From contig CAVSRN010000048.1 in NCBI GenBank assembly GCA_963730195.1, positions 30,466-94,465 on the forward strand: a stretch of 64,000 nucleotides of DNA, read 5' to 3'. Shown in pieces: positions 40,807 through 54,764 of the stretch (the stretch's first letter is position 1; every line of letters begins with the position of its first letter). Under the pieces are notes generated by a model that did not search any database, was not told where the DNA came from, and worked only from the letters and a program-made list of their open reading frames with translations. Origin of the DNA: an uncultured Alphaproteobacteria bacterium. GTDB lineage: Bacteria; Pseudomonadota; Alphaproteobacteria; Geminicoccales; Geminicoccaceae. The translations under genes were made by a program, and so were the position numbers.

Positions 40807-41706
40807 ATGAGTGAGCTGCACTGGATGCGAGCCGGGCTCACCGCAGGTCTTGCGGCCTGTCTCATCCTGGCCGCCGGGCCGTCGCAGGCAGTCGAATGCG
40901 GCGACGTCATCACGACCGCCGTGCGGCTCGATCGCAACCTGATCTGCACGACCGACCCCGGCCTGACCGTCGCGGGCGGCACGCTCGATCTCAATGGCTT
41001 CGCGGTGATCTGCGACCACACCGGCGTCGGCGTCCGGCTCGACGGCAGCGGCGCGTGGCTGCGGCATGGCGCCGTGACCGGATGCGAGGTGGCGATCTCG
41101 CTCGGCGGCCTGGGCCATCACCGGGTCCGGGATGTGACCGCCAGCGCCTCCAACCAGGGGGTGTTGATCGAGAGCGACGGCAATTTCCTCCTGCTCAGCC
41201 GGGTGCTCCGCGGCGTCGAGGACGCCGCGGTTCAGGTCGACGGCTCCAACAACCAGCTGCGATCCAACGACATCGCCGGCTCGACCGACCAGGGTTTCGA
41301 GATCAATGGCAACCACAACCGCGTGATCGGCAACCACATCGCGAGCGTGGCGGAAGGGGTTCAGCTCAAGGGCGAGGGCAACCAGATCCTGCGCAATCAG
41401 ATGATCGGGACCACCGACCGGGGCGTCGAGGTGCGCGAAGGCGCGCACCGGATCGCCGGCAATCTGATTGCCGACGGCACCGCCGACGGCATCGCCGTGC
41501 TCTCGGACGGCAACCAGGTCACCGACAACATCATCGTCGGGCAGGGCGATCAGGGGCTGTTCGTCTCCGGCTCCGGCAACATTCTCGAGCGCAACCAGGT
41601 GCTGCGGAACCGGGTCGATCTGACCGACACGACCAAGGCCTGCGACAACAATCTCTGGCGGGACAATACCTTCGAGACCTCGGAGTCAGACGACTGCGTC
41701 GATTGA
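40807..41706 (+). CDS. secreted right-handed parallel beta-helix repeat protein (NosD/pectate-lyase-fold-like)
   Basis: Start ATG 40807 within track ORF 40741..41706. Signal peptide AGLTAGLAACLILAAGPSQA. Repeated G-x-x-N-x-(I/L)-x-x-N units. Confidence 0.7.
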   Translation: MSELHWMRAGLTAGLAACLILAAGPSQAVECGDVITTAVRLDRNLICTTDPGLTVAGGTLDLNGFAVICDHTGVGVRLDGSGAWLRHGAVTGCEVAISLGGLGHHRVRDVTASASNQGVLIESDGNFLLLSRVLRGVEDAAVQVDGSNNQLRSNDIAGSTDQGFEINGNHNRVIGNHIASVAEGVQLKGEGNQILRNQMIGTTDRGVEVREGAHRIAGNLIADGTADGIAVLSDGNQVTDNIIVGQGDQGLFVSGSGNILERNQVLRNRVDLTDTTKACDNNLWRDNTFETSESDDCVD

Positions 41707-41769
41707 AGGGAGCCCCGCCGGCCGCACCGCCCGCCCTTGGCGGCGGGACGCCCGGGCGGCCGCCGCCGG

Positions 41770-42033
41770 TCAGTGCAGGCGCATCAGGGCGCGGGCGTAG
41801 CGGAAGCGGCTCGGCTGGATCAGCTCGGCGCTCGCGATCTTGACGCTGTGCAGGCGGCCGTCGAGCGAGCTCTCCCAGAACGCCAGGAACTTGTGCAGGA
41901 TCGGAAACTTCGGCGCGAGGTCGAGGTTCTGCCAGATATAGGTCTGCAGGAGGCTCGGATGGTCCGGCAGGTGGTAGAGGATTTCCGCGGTCGTCAGGCG
42001 GTAGTCTTTGACCATCAGCTCGAGATCGCGCAT
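41770..42033 (-). CDS. usg: Usg family protein
   Basis: 87 aa (YRLTTAEILYHLPDHPSLLQTYIWQNLDLAPKFPILHKFLAFWESSLDGRLHSV). ATG 42033 after GAGGAGA. The track ORF 41770..42216 is over-extended. Confidence 0.8.
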   Translation of the reverse strand: MRDLELMVKDYRLTTAEILYHLPDHPSLLQTYIWQNLDLAPKFPILHKFLAFWESSLDGRLHSVKIASAELIQPSRFRYARALMRLH

Positions 42034-42246
42034 CGGCTGTCTCCTCGGGGGGCTCTGCCTTCGCTCCCTGGATCTCTCCCCTGATCGGCGCCGATCGGCT
42101 GGTGCTGGCGTCCGATCACAAACGCTCCCTTCGGGATTGTAGTTGCCGGGCCGGGCATGAAAAGCAGAAATCGGGGAGTTTTGCCCAAAACCTGCCGGTG
42201 CGGTACAAGGATGCACGACTTTCGCTCAGATTAGAGGAACTTGGGC

Positions 42247-43830
42247 ATGCGTGACTTTGCGTTGCCGGGGCGCTCGGCCGCCTACGGTGAGAACGGCATG
42301 GCGGCGACCTCGCACCCGCTGGCGACGCTCACCGCGCTCGACGTGCTGCGCGCCGGCGGCAACGCCGTCGATGCCGCGGTCGCGGCGGTCGCCGTGCAAG
42401 GCGTGGTCGAGCCGGGGATGACCGGCATCGGCGGCGACTGCTTCGTGCTCCTGGCGCCGGCCGGAGGCGGCGTGGTGGCGCTCAACGGCTCGGGCCGGGC
42501 GCCCCAGGCGGCAACGATCGAGCGGCTGCAGGCGGACGGCGTCAGCGAGCTCGAGGGCAGCGTCCATGCGGTCACCGTGCCGGGCGCGGTCGATGCCTGG
42601 GCCCGGCTGCTCGAGGCCCACGGCAGCAAGGGCCTGGACGAGCTCCTGCAGCCGGCGATCGACCATGCCGAGCAGGGCTTCCTGGTGACGCCCCGGGTCG
42701 CCTGGGACTGGGCGCGCAGCGGTCAGCGCCTGCTGCGCAGCGCCGCCGGGCGGGTCTTCTATCTGCCCGACGACCACGCTCCGGTCGCCGGCCAGAAGGT
42801 CCGCCTGCCGGCGCTCGCGGGCACGCTGAGGCGGATCGCGGCCGAGGGGCCCGACGCCTTCTACCGGGGCGAGCTCGCGGCGCGCATGGTCGCCTTTCTC
42901 AACCAGGAGGGCGGCCTGCACAGCACGGACGACTTCGCGGCCGCCGCCGGCGAGTTCGTGCAGCCGGTCAGCACCCGCTACCGCGACCTCGAGATCTACG
43001 AGTGCCCGCCCAACGGCCAGGGCGTGATCGCGCTCCTCTTGCTCAACATCCTCAAGGGCTTCGAGCTCGCCGGGCTCGACCCGAACGGGCCCGAGCGCCT
43101 GCACCTGCAGGCCGAGGCGACCCGGCTCGCCTTTCGCGACCGCGACGCCTGGCTCGCCGACCCGCGCCAGGCCCAGGTCCCGGTCGGCCGTCTGCTCGAC
43201 GAGGGCTACGCCGCCGGGCTCCGAGCCCTGATCGATCCCGAGCGGGCGCAGCCGGCGCTGCCGCCGCGGCCGGTGGTCGCCCATGCCGACACGGTCTACC
43301 TGACCGTGGTCGACCGCGACCGCAACGTCGTCTCCTTCATCAACTCGGTGTTCGACAGCTTCGGCAGCGGCCTGGTCTGCCCCGAGACCGGCGTCCTGTT
43401 CCACGATCGCGGCAAGTCGTTCGCGCTCGATCCGGACCATCCGAATGCGATCGCGCCGGGCAAGCGGCCGATGCACACGATCATCCCGGGCCTCGCCATG
43501 CGCGCCGGCCGGCCGGCGCTCGCCTTCGGGGTCATGGGCGGCCACTACCAGCCGGTCGGCCACGTCCAGATCCTGACCAACCTCATGGAATACGGGCAGG
43601 ATCCGCAGACCGCGCTGGATGCGCCGCGCAGCTTCGCCCATGGCGGCGAGCTGCAGGTCGAGACCGGGGTGCCGGCCGCGACCGCCCAGGCGCTGGCCCG
43701 GCGCGGCCACAAGGTCGTGGCCAGCGGCCGGCCGCTCGGCGGCGGCCAGATCATCATGATCGACCACGAGCGCGGGGTGCTGCTCGGCGGCTCCGATCCG
43801 CGCAAGGACGGGCTCGCGCTCGGCTTCTGA
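42247..43830 (+). CDS. ggt: gamma-glutamyltransferase family protein
   Basis: MRDFALPGRSAAYGENGMAATSHPLAT..., autoprocessing-site region ADTVYLTVVD, MHTIIPG. ATG 42247 after AGAGGA. Confidence 0.85.
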   Translation: MRDFALPGRSAAYGENGMAATSHPLATLTALDVLRAGGNAVDAAVAAVAVQGVVEPGMTGIGGDCFVLLAPAGGGVVALNGSGRAPQAATIERLQADGVSELEGSVHAVTVPGAVDAWARLLEAHGSKGLDELLQPAIDHAEQGFLVTPRVAWDWARSGQRLLRSAAGRVFYLPDDHAPVAGQKVRLPALAGTLRRIAAEGPDAFYRGELAARMVAFLNQEGGLHSTDDFAAAAGEFVQPVSTRYRDLEIYECPPNGQGVIALLLLNILKGFELAGLDPNGPERLHLQAEATRLAFRDRDAWLADPRQAQVPVGRLLDEGYAAGLRALIDPERAQPALPPRPVVAHADTVYLTVVDRDRNVVSFINSVFDSFGSGLVCPETGVLFHDRGKSFALDPDHPNAIAPGKRPMHTIIPGLAMRAGRPALAFGVMGGHYQPVGHVQILTNLMEYGQDPQTALDAPRSFAHGGELQVETGVPAATAQALARRGHKVVASGRPLGGGQIIMIDHERGVLLGGSDPRKDGLALGF

Positions 43831-43864
43831 GGCAGTCCGGCAGGCAAAGGGAAAGAACGGCGCC

Positions 43865-45220
43865 ATGACCAGGAAAGCCGCGCGTAAGCCGCCACCGGCG
43901 CGCTCCGTGGTCGGCCGGCTGCTGAGCCCGGTCCAGGAGTTCATCAGGACCGAGAGCGCCGGCGGCGTGCTCCTGATCGGCGCGGCGCTGCTCGCCTTCG
44001 CCTGGGCCAACTCGCCGTTGGCCGCCAGCTACCACGCCCTGCTCGAGGTCCGGCTCGGGGTCGGGCTCGGCAGCTGGCGCCTCGAGGAGACGCTGATCCA
44101 CTGGGTCAACGACCTGCTGATGGCGATCTTCTTCTTCCTGATCGGGCTCGAGATCAAGCGCGAGGTCCTGATCGGCGAGCTGGCCGGCTGGCGCCGGGCG
44201 GCGCTGCCGCTCGCGGGCGCGGCCGGTGGCATGCTGGTGCCCGCCCTGATCTACGTCGCCCTCAATCTCGGCCAGGCGGGCCTGCGCGGCTGGGGCGTGC
44301 CGATGGCGACCGACATCGCGTTCGCGCTCGGCGTGCTGGCGCTGCTCGGCGACCGCGTCAGCCTGGCGCTCAAGGTCTTCCTGCTGGCGCTGGCGATCGT
44401 CGACGATCTGGGCGCCGTGCTGGTGATCGCGCTGTTCTACACCGAGCAGCTGAACGTCGGCGCGCTCGCGCTCGCGTTCCTGGTGTTCGGCGCGGCGCTC
44501 GTCTACGGCCGCTTCGGCGGCGCCCGGCCGCTCGGCTTCGCGCTGTTCGGCCTGGTGCTCTGGTATTGCATGCTGCAATCGGGGGTGCACGCGACCATCG
44601 CGGGGGTCCTGTTGGCGCTCGCGGTGCCGCTCCGGCATCGGCTGTCGACCGAGCAGCTGCAGCAGGAGCTCCGGCCGCTGACCGGGCAGGGCGGGGGCTT
44701 CGAGCAGGTCGAGGTCGTGATCGAGCATGTGGAAGGGGTGCTCGCCCGGGCGACCAGCCCGCTGCACAGCATCGAGCACGCGCTCGCCCCCTACGTCGCC
44801 TTTCTGATCATGCCGGTGTTCGCCTTCGGCAACGCCGGCGTCGCGCTCGGCGGCCACCCGGCCGGGCTGATCGGCATGGTCTCGATCGGCGCCGGGCTCG
44901 GCCTCCTGATCGGCAAGCCGATCGGGGTCGCCGGCGGCGCCTGGCTCGCGGTCCGGACCGGGCTCACCCGGCTGCCCGAAGGCGTCCGCTGGTCGGGCGT
45001 GATCGGGATCGGCCTGCTCGCCGGGATCGGCTTCACGATGTCGCTGTTCATCGCCAATCTGGCGTTCGGCCTGAGCCCGGAGCTGGACCAGGCCAGGATC
45101 GGCGTGCTCGCGGCCTCGGTGGTCGCGGCGCTGCTCGGTCTCGCCTTCCTGTCCCGGGCCTTGCCGGGCCGCGGCCGGGCGGCCGCGCGCGGCACCGGAA
45201 CGACGGCGCGCGCCGCCTGA
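43865..45220 (+). CDS. nhaA: Na+/H+ antiporter NhaA
   Basis: 451 aa. WVNDLLMAIFFFLIGLEIKRE and WGVPMATDIAFALGVL motifs. Confidence 0.9.
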   Translation: MTRKAARKPPPARSVVGRLLSPVQEFIRTESAGGVLLIGAALLAFAWANSPLAASYHALLEVRLGVGLGSWRLEETLIHWVNDLLMAIFFFLIGLEIKREVLIGELAGWRRAALPLAGAAGGMLVPALIYVALNLGQAGLRGWGVPMATDIAFALGVLALLGDRVSLALKVFLLALAIVDDLGAVLVIALFYTEQLNVGALALAFLVFGAALVYGRFGGARPLGFALFGLVLWYCMLQSGVHATIAGVLLALAVPLRHRLSTEQLQQELRPLTGQGGGFEQVEVVIEHVEGVLARATSPLHSIEHALAPYVAFLIMPVFAFGNAGVALGGHPAGLIGMVSIGAGLGLLIGKPIGVAGGAWLAVRTGLTRLPEGVRWSGVIGIGLLAGIGFTMSLFIANLAFGLSPELDQARIGVLAASVVAALLGLAFLSRALPGRGRAAARGTGTTARAA

Positions 45221-45230
45221 CCGGTCGGGC

Positions 45231-45554
45231 TCAGACCCGGAGGTCGACCGAGGCGATCGGGCCGAAATAGCGGATCCGGTCCGCCAGCCGGGCGTGATAG
45301 GCCGCGAGCGTCCGCGGCCGGCTGGCGGGCGCCCGGCCGAGCTCGGGCGCCTCGGCGAGCAGCTGGTGGATCGAGAAATGGGTCGCGCGCGCCAGCCGCG
45401 GCAGCGTCAGCTCCGCCGGCACCGATGCCGCGCCCGGCGCCGGTTGTCCCGGTCGCGCGCGCTCCGGCGCCGGCCGGTCGGGGCGGAGCGCGCCGGCACG
45501 GCCGAGGCGCTCGCTCGCGGCCGGGCTGCCGGCAAGGCCGATGGTCATGGCCAT
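45231..45554 (-). CDS. hypothetical protein
   Basis: 107-aa ORF with a strong G/C third-position bias in its C-terminal half. No family recognised. Confidence 0.3.
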   Translation of the reverse strand: MAMTIGLAGSPAASERLGRAGALRPDRPAPERARPGQPAPGAASVPAELTLPRLARATHFSIHQLLAEAPELGRAPASRPRTLAAYHARLADRIRYFGPIASVDLRV

Positions 45555-45653
45555 CAGGGCGACCCGCGCCCGGTCGGGGGCTCAGCGAGCAGCGGATCGC
45601 ACCGGACGCCGGCGGGAAGGGCTGGGGAGATGGCCGGCGCGCGGGCGCGGCGT

Positions 45654-45854
45654 TCAGGCCGTGAGGTCGACCAGCCGGCCGCGCAGCGGGTCGGGCCGGC
45701 GCCGCGGCTGCCGGCGCCGCTCCTGGCGGGCCGCCAGCCGCAGGCTCTCGGGCGTCGCCGGCCCCGGCTGGGTGCGGCCATAGCCCTCGATCTCGACCTG
45801 GCGCCGCGGCAGGGTCAGCCGCTCGATCAGGCCGTTGGGACGGATCAGGTTCAT
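45654..45854 (-). CDS. hypothetical small protein
   Basis: 66 aa from ATG 45854 (MNLIRPNGLIERLTLPRRQVEIEGYG...). High GC3. No family recognised. Confidence 0.3.
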   Translation of the reverse strand: MNLIRPNGLIERLTLPRRQVEIEGYGRTQPGPATPESLRLAARQERRRQPRRRPDPLRGRLVDLTA

Positions 45855-46060
45855 CGCGTCGCCCCTCTCTCCTGGCGGCCGCCGGGCACCGGTTGCCACC
45901 GGTGCGCACCCGCGCCGCGCCGATCACCGCTAACCATAGGACCGATCTGGTTAAGATCGGCTTACCTTACCCAACCACTAAGGGGCCAGCGGGCCGATCG
46001 GCGCAAGCGGCGACGCATGCAGCCGGGTGCGCCCGCGACGCCGGTCGTTCCGGCCCGGGC

Positions 46061-47000
46061 TCACAGCCCGGCCGCGACCCGGCGCTCGAGGCGGGTCAGC
46101 AGCCGGTCGAGCTCGGCCCGGTCCTGGTCGTCGAGCCGGGCGCCCGGCGGCCGCAGCAGCGGGCTCTGGATGACGCCCCGGCGGTGCAGGATCTCCTTGC
46201 GGATCGCGAGCCCGATGCCCGGCTGCTGCTCGTAGCGGATCAGCGGCAGATAGGCGTCGTAGAGGTCGAAGGCGTCCTCCTGCTGGCCGGCGGCGAAGCG
46301 CTCGTAGACCTCGACCAGCAGCTCGGGGTAGCCGAAGCCGGTCATGGCGCCGTCGGCGCCGCGCGCGAGCTCGAGCGGATAGTAGAGCGCGCCGTTGCCG
46401 ATCAGGATCGCGACCCGCCGGCGGCCGTCGCGGGCGGCGCTCGCCCGCAGCCGCGAGAGCTTGCCGAGCCCCGGGCAGTCCTCGTGCTTGAGGACCTTGA
46501 TCTGGCGCAGATCGTCGATCAGGCGGCTCGAGCAGGCCGACCGAGAGGTGCACCCCGGTCGCCTGCGGATAGTCCTGGAGCACCAGCGGCACATCCTCGC
46601 CGATCGCCTCGCACAGCTGGTGCAGATAGCCCTCGACCTGCTCGTCGGTCGCGAGCCCGGCCGGCGGCGCCGCCATGACCGCGGCAGCACCCAGCGACAT
46701 GGCATCGCTGGCGAGCGCCGCGAGCGTCGCGAGCCCGGGGCTGCTGACCCCGACCACGACCGGCACCTCGCCCGCGACCTGGCGCAGCACCGCCTGAATC
46801 ACCAGCCGCGCCTCGTCGTAGGTGAGCTTGTGCGCCTCGCCCATCATGCCGAGGATCGTGATGCCGTGGACGCCGGCGTCGATGTAGAAGCCGATCAGCC
46901 GCTCCAGGCTCTTGAGATCGAGCGCGCCCTGGTCGGCGAACGGGGTCGCGGCGATCACGAACACGCCCTTGGCGCTTTCATCGAGCAGATGTCCAGGCAT
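46061..47000 (-). pseudogene. dihydrodipicolinate synthase (DapA) family protein, frame broken
   Basis: N-terminal part (MPGHLLDESAKGVFVIAATPF...ILGMMGEAHKL...VLQDYP) is in the frame of track ORF 45978..47087. C-terminal part (RLIDDLRQIKVLKHEDCPG...) is in ORF 46061..46705. Extra base at about 46521-46535. Confidence 0.75.
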
Positions 47001-47329
47001 GGCTGCGCTCACCCCGCCGAGATCGTCCCGCTCATCGGAGCACCTGCGCGCGCCGACCGCAAGCGGGATGGTGTCCGGAGTACACAACTATAAATAGATT
47101 TCTATTCGAAGTAAATTCCATGTATTGGATCATATCGTTGCCAGACCCCGGTTCCCCTCAACTTAGAGGTTGACGAATGCCTGGTTCCTCTGCAATCGGT
47201 GAGGCAAGAAGGCCAACCCAAGGCCACTGTGGTGTCGCTTTCGGCATCCACCGGGCGCCGTCTGACGAGCAACCTGCCTGGGGCGTCGCCGCCTGCAGGC
47301 GCAACCACGTTGGTCGCCGGAGCCCCGTC

Positions 47330-47929
47330 ATGCCTCAGGGTCGTCGTTCCACGCCGGTGCTGCAGGAGCTGTTCGCCGCCCGCCAGGTCTACGTCCGCAG
47401 CGGCCTGACCAGTCGCTACGTCGCGCTGTCGCGCTCGTTGCAGGTCTCGGTCGCGGTCGGCCTCGGCGTGCTGGCGCTGTGGCTGGGCCTCGCCTCCTAC
47501 GCCGCCATCGCCAAGCATCTGGAGACCCTCGCGCAGGGCCGCGAGCTGGCCCGCCTGGAAAGCATCACCAAGACCTTGCGGACCACGGTCGAGCAAGCCC
47601 AGAGCGTGCCGGAGGCCGGGCGCCAGGCCGAAGCCGTGCCCGACCTGGTGGCCGAGCTGGCGGACGCCAAAACCGCGCGCGATCGCGCCCACACGCTCGC
47701 CCAGGCGGCCGCCGGCGAGGCCACCGAGCTGCGTCACGAGCTGGCGCTCGCCCGCGATGAGATCCGGGACCTGAGGTGCGATCTCGCCCGGGTCGAGACC
47801 GATGGTCGGGCGGTTGCCGATCACCGCGCCGCGTTCGCCGGGCCGGCCGGCCGGCGGGCGGCGGACGGCGCCGAGGTCACCCTCGCCGGGCAGCTGGCGC
47901 TCGCCGACCCGGCCTGTCCGCCGAACTGA
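47330..47929 (+). CDS. membrane-anchored coiled-coil protein (resembles the N-terminal region of alphaproteobacterial M23-type peptidases, no peptidase domain)
   Basis: Start ATG 47330 within track ORF 47177..47929. RQVYVRSGLTSRYVALSRSLQ followed by TM VAVGLGVLALWLGLASYAAI and a heptad-like region. Confidence 0.5.
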   Translation: MPQGRRSTPVLQELFAARQVYVRSGLTSRYVALSRSLQVSVAVGLGVLALWLGLASYAAIAKHLETLAQGRELARLESITKTLRTTVEQAQSVPEAGRQAEAVPDLVAELADAKTARDRAHTLAQAAAGEATELRHELALARDEIRDLRCDLARVETDGRAVADHRAAFAGPAGRRAADGAEVTLAGQLALADPACPPN

Positions 47930-47942
47930 GCGGCGCCGGCGG

Positions 47943-48404
47943 CTAGCCGGCCGCCGCCGCGACCGGGGCGCCGTGGACGAAGCCGGTCGCCAGCTGGCGG
48001 ATGCGCGCGAGCATCGCGTGCAGGCCGTTGGCCCGGGTCGGGCTGAGATGGGCGCCGAGCCCGATCTTTTCGAACACCTCAGGAGGATTGGCCAGGATCT
48101 CCTGCGGCCTGCGGTTGGCGTACAGCCGCAGCAGGAGTGCGATCAGCCCCTTGACGATGAAGGCATCGGAATCCGCGCGGATGCGCATGCGCCCGCTCGC
48201 CGGATCGATCTCGGCGACCATCCAGACCTGCGACTGGCAGCCCCTGACCTTGTTGGGCTCGGCGTAGTCCGCCGCCGGCAGCGGCTCGAGCCTCCGGCCG
48301 AGATCGAGGATGTACTCGATCTTCTCCCGCCAGTCGTCGAACAGCTCGAAGTCGTCCGCGATCAGCGCCTGCTCATCGGCAATGGTCGCCGCCTGCTCCA
48401 TCAT
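47943..48404 (-). CDS. sufE: SufE-like cysteine desulfuration protein
   Basis: KVRGCQSQVWM active-site Cys motif. ATG 48404 after GGGAG. Confidence 0.85.
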   Translation of the reverse strand: MMEQAATIADEQALIADDFELFDDWREKIEYILDLGRRLEPLPAADYAEPNKVRGCQSQVWMVAEIDPASGRMRIRADSDAFIVKGLIALLLRLYANRRPQEILANPPEVFEKIGLGAHLSPTRANGLHAMLARIRQLATGFVHGAPVAAAAG

Positions 48405-48442
48405 GCTCCCGCCGGTTCCGCTGCCTGCCCGCCCGATCATAA

Positions 48443-48485
48443 GGCCGCGGCCGGGCCGAGATCAACGCCCGGGCCGGCCGCGGCC
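48443..48485 (-). terminator. GC-rich stem-loop between rpoH and sufE
   Basis: 12-bp perfect arms GGCCGCGGCCGG (48443-48454) and CCGGCCGCGGCC (48474-48485), 42 nt downstream of the rpoH stop. Only a weak U-tract follows. Confidence 0.35.
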
Positions 48486-48526
48486 CGGTCCTTGGACCCG
48501 CAAGGATCGGGACGTACCGCGCGGGG

Positions 48527-49411
48527 CTAGGCGGCCAGCGCGCTGCTCCGGTTGGCCGCGACCTCGAGCATGGCGTGGCGCAGCTTCTCGAACGCGCGCG
48601 CCTCGATCTGGCGGACGCGCTCGCGCGACACGCCGTAGATCTGGCTCAGATCCTCGAGCGTCTTGGGCTGATCCTTGAGCCGGCGCTCGGCCAGGATGTG
48701 GCGCTCGCGCTCGTTCAGCACCTGCATGCCCTCGGCGAGCAGGCCGCGCCGCCAGGTGAGCTCGCTCGCCTCGGCGATCAGGCTCTCCTGACCCTCGTCC
48801 TCGGACACCAGCGTGTCCTGCCATTCGCGGTCGCCCTCGCTCGAGAGCGGCGTCGCCAGCGAATGGTCGCCCGTCGCGAGGCGCCGGTTCATCTGGACCA
48901 CGTCGTCCTCGCTGACGCCCAGGTCCTTGGCGATCTTGACCACCGCGGCCGGCGGCAGATCGCCGTCGCCGACCTCCCCCATCCGGCTCTTGAGCCGGCG
49001 CAGGTTGAAAAAGAGCTTCTTCTGCGCCGCGGTCGTGCCCATCTTGACCAGCGAGCGGTTGTGCAGGACGTACTCCTGGATCGCCGCCCGGATCCACCAC
49101 ATGGCGTAGGTCGCGAACCGGAAGCCGCGGTCCGGATCGTACTTGGCGAGCGCCTGCACCAGGCCGACGTTGCCCTCGGCGATCAGATCGTTGAACGGCA
49201 GGCCGTAGCCGCGGAAGCCGCGGGCGATCTTGACCACCAGGCGGAGATGGCTGCCGACCAGCTGACGCGCGGCGTCCTCGTCCCGACGGTCGCGCCAGCG
49301 CTCCGCGAGGCTGCGCTCGGCGTCGACGTCGAGCAAGGGGTAGCGCGCCACGTCCTTGAGGTAGCGCTCGAGATCGGTGCCCGGATAGGCGGTCAGAAGA
49401 TTGGAGCTCAT
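48527..49411 (-). CDS. rpoH: RNA polymerase sigma-32 factor
   Basis: ATG 49411 (MSSNLLTAYPG...). RpoH-box-like QKKLFFNLRRLK. Regions 2 and 4 conserved. Confidence 0.9.
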   Translation of the reverse strand: MSSNLLTAYPGTDLERYLKDVARYPLLDVDAERSLAERWRDRRDEDAARQLVGSHLRLVVKIARGFRGYGLPFNDLIAEGNVGLVQALAKYDPDRGFRFATYAMWWIRAAIQEYVLHNRSLVKMGTTAAQKKLFFNLRRLKSRMGEVGDGDLPPAAVVKIAKDLGVSEDDVVQMNRRLATGDHSLATPLSSEGDREWQDTLVSEDEGQESLIAEASELTWRRGLLAEGMQVLNERERHILAERRLKDQPKTLEDLSQIYGVSRERVRQIEARAFEKLRHAMLEVAANRSSALAA

Positions 49412-49748
49412 GGTGCTGCTGATTCCGAAAACTTTTGGCAACGCCCCCGACACAGCGCAAACCCACCCCCGAGCGCCACTCCCGGCATCTCGGCATTCCG
49501 CAAGGTCCACTGGATTGGTTTGCTATTGCTGGGGACGTAACCGCATATGGGGTGCCAAGGCGCGTTCCGCAAGAGCTGGCGCCGCGTTTTCCGCAGCTCC
49601 CGGACCTCCTCGATGAAGCCGGCAACCCGCGCTCGTCACCCGGCACTGCCCGTCGCCGACGACGGTATAATCGCGTAGGCTGAACGACATCATCGACGGG
49701 ACGCCAGAGTGTCGTGGTCGAGGAGCAAAGGACGGACCGGGCGGAAAT

Positions 49749-50010
49749 GGCCCGAAGATCTTTCTCGCCCACGCCCGTGAGGACAAACCCCGAGGTTCGA
49801 AAGCTCTACGCCGACCTCAAGGCTCGCGGCCTCGACCCATGGCTCGATGAGGTCGACCTGGGTGCCGGGCCGATCTGGAAGGCGAGATCCCGCGGGCGAT
49901 CCGCGAAGCCGGGGTGTTTCTGGCGTGTCTATCCAGCCGATCCGTCAGAAGCTCGGCTACGTCCAGAATGAGTTCCGGCTGGCTCTCTCGGCGTTCGGAG
50001 GACGCGCGCC
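49749..50010 (+). pseudogene. TIR-domain gene remnant (three frame breaks, 3'-truncated)
   Basis: GPKIFLAHAREDKP / EVRKLYADLKARGLDPWLDEVDLGAGPIWK / IPRAIREAGVFLACLSSRSV / KLGYVQNEFRLALSAFGG can be read only by switching frame three times. No start codon. Ends at the hairpin repeats. Confidence 0.6.
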
Positions 50011-50013
50011 TGA

Positions 50014-50070
50014 GAAAAGGTGTCAGGAACCTTTTCATTCACGGGAGGAAAAGGTGTCAGGAACCTTTTC
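50014..50070. repeat. two copies of the REP-like hairpin GAAAAGGT-gtcagga-ACCTTTTC
   Basis: Perfect 8-bp inverted arms with a 7-nt loop at 50014-50036 and 50048-50070. Confidence 0.8.
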
Positions 50071-50100
50071 CATTCCCGGCGACGGCTCTGGACTGCTCGC

Positions 50101-50378
50101 TCAGGTGATGCAGAGGGCGCCGCGCGGCCGGTGCGGGTCGCGATCCCGGCGAGCTGGTCGGCAAGCGTGATCAGCGGGCGGAGCGCGGCCTGCGGGTCCT
50201 GGTCGTGCTGCGCCGGATCGGGCTCGAAGCGTTCGAGATAGACCGCGCAAGCTGGCGCCGGCGGTGCCGGTGCCGGACACGACGATAGAGCGATCCGGGC
50301 ATGGCCCGCGAACAACAGCCGGGTGCCCTGCTTGGTGCTGATCGCAGCCGTCGACCGGATCGGTGTAGCTGAAGTCGA
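50101..50378 (-). pseudogene. diverged duplicate of the pgm 3' end (fragment)
   Basis: Aligns by eye with 50499-50773 at a 398-nt offset, with scattered substitutions and indels. Encodes [10 protein letters not shown].../...[33 protein letters not shown] in broken frames. Confidence 0.75.
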
Positions 50379-50413
50379 TCGGCCTGGCGTCGATCGCCGA
50401 TGCTGCCTCGACT

Positions 50414-50469
50414 CCGAAAGTGTCGGACCTTTTCATTCACGGGAAAGAAAAGGTGTCAGGAACCTTTTC
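50414..50469. repeat. REP-like hairpin copies (one degenerate, one perfect)
   Basis: ccgaaagtgtcggaccttttc (degenerate) and GAAAAGGTgtcaggaACCTTTTC (50447-50469), immediately downstream of the pgm stop on the minus strand. Confidence 0.75.
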
Positions 50470-50498
50470 ATTCACGGCGACGGTCTCGATCCGCTCGC

Positions 50499-54375
<3,877 letters not shown>

Positions 54376-54509
54376 TTTTTTCTCCACATCTCCTGCAGGC
54401 CCGCCCCCGATACTCCCGCAACTCCGCCCGCCACGAAAGCCCTTTCCTGATCCGGCCGCCAAACGCTGTGCTGCTTCTCCCGTCCCACATTGTGATAAGC
54501 TTTCAAGCC

Positions 54510-54764
54510 ATGCCGACGCTCGCGATCATCGACGGCGTGAGGATCACGATGTACTACGCCGACCACGAGCCGGCGCACTTCCATGCGATCGCCGGGGAGG
54601 ATGAAATCGTGATCGGCATCGCCGATCTGAGAGTCATCGCGGGCACGGCACCACCCGCCCTGGTCCGCCGGGTCCGCACATGGGCGCGGCGACGCCAGGG
54701 CGAGCTCGCGCTCTGCTGGGTCCGCTGCCGTGCCGGGCAAAAGCCGGGAAGGATCGAGCGATGA
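54510..54764 (+). CDS. DUF4160 domain protein
   Basis: MPTLAIIDGVRITMYYADHEPAHFHA... ATG 54510 within track ORF 54468..54764. Confidence 0.75.
   Translation: MPTLAIIDGVRITMYYADHEPAHFHAIAGEDEIVIGIADLRVIAGTAPPALVRRVRTWARRRQGELALCWVRCRAGQKPGRIER

Noticed and set aside
45555-45900. The two small minus-strand ORFs (45654..45854 and 45231..45554) share a phase, so I considered one gene interrupted by an in-frame TGA (selenocysteine or read-through).
   Set aside because: Translating the gap shows two in-frame stops (45654-45656 and 45582-45584) and no SECIS-like context. They are kept as separate low-confidence hypotheticals.
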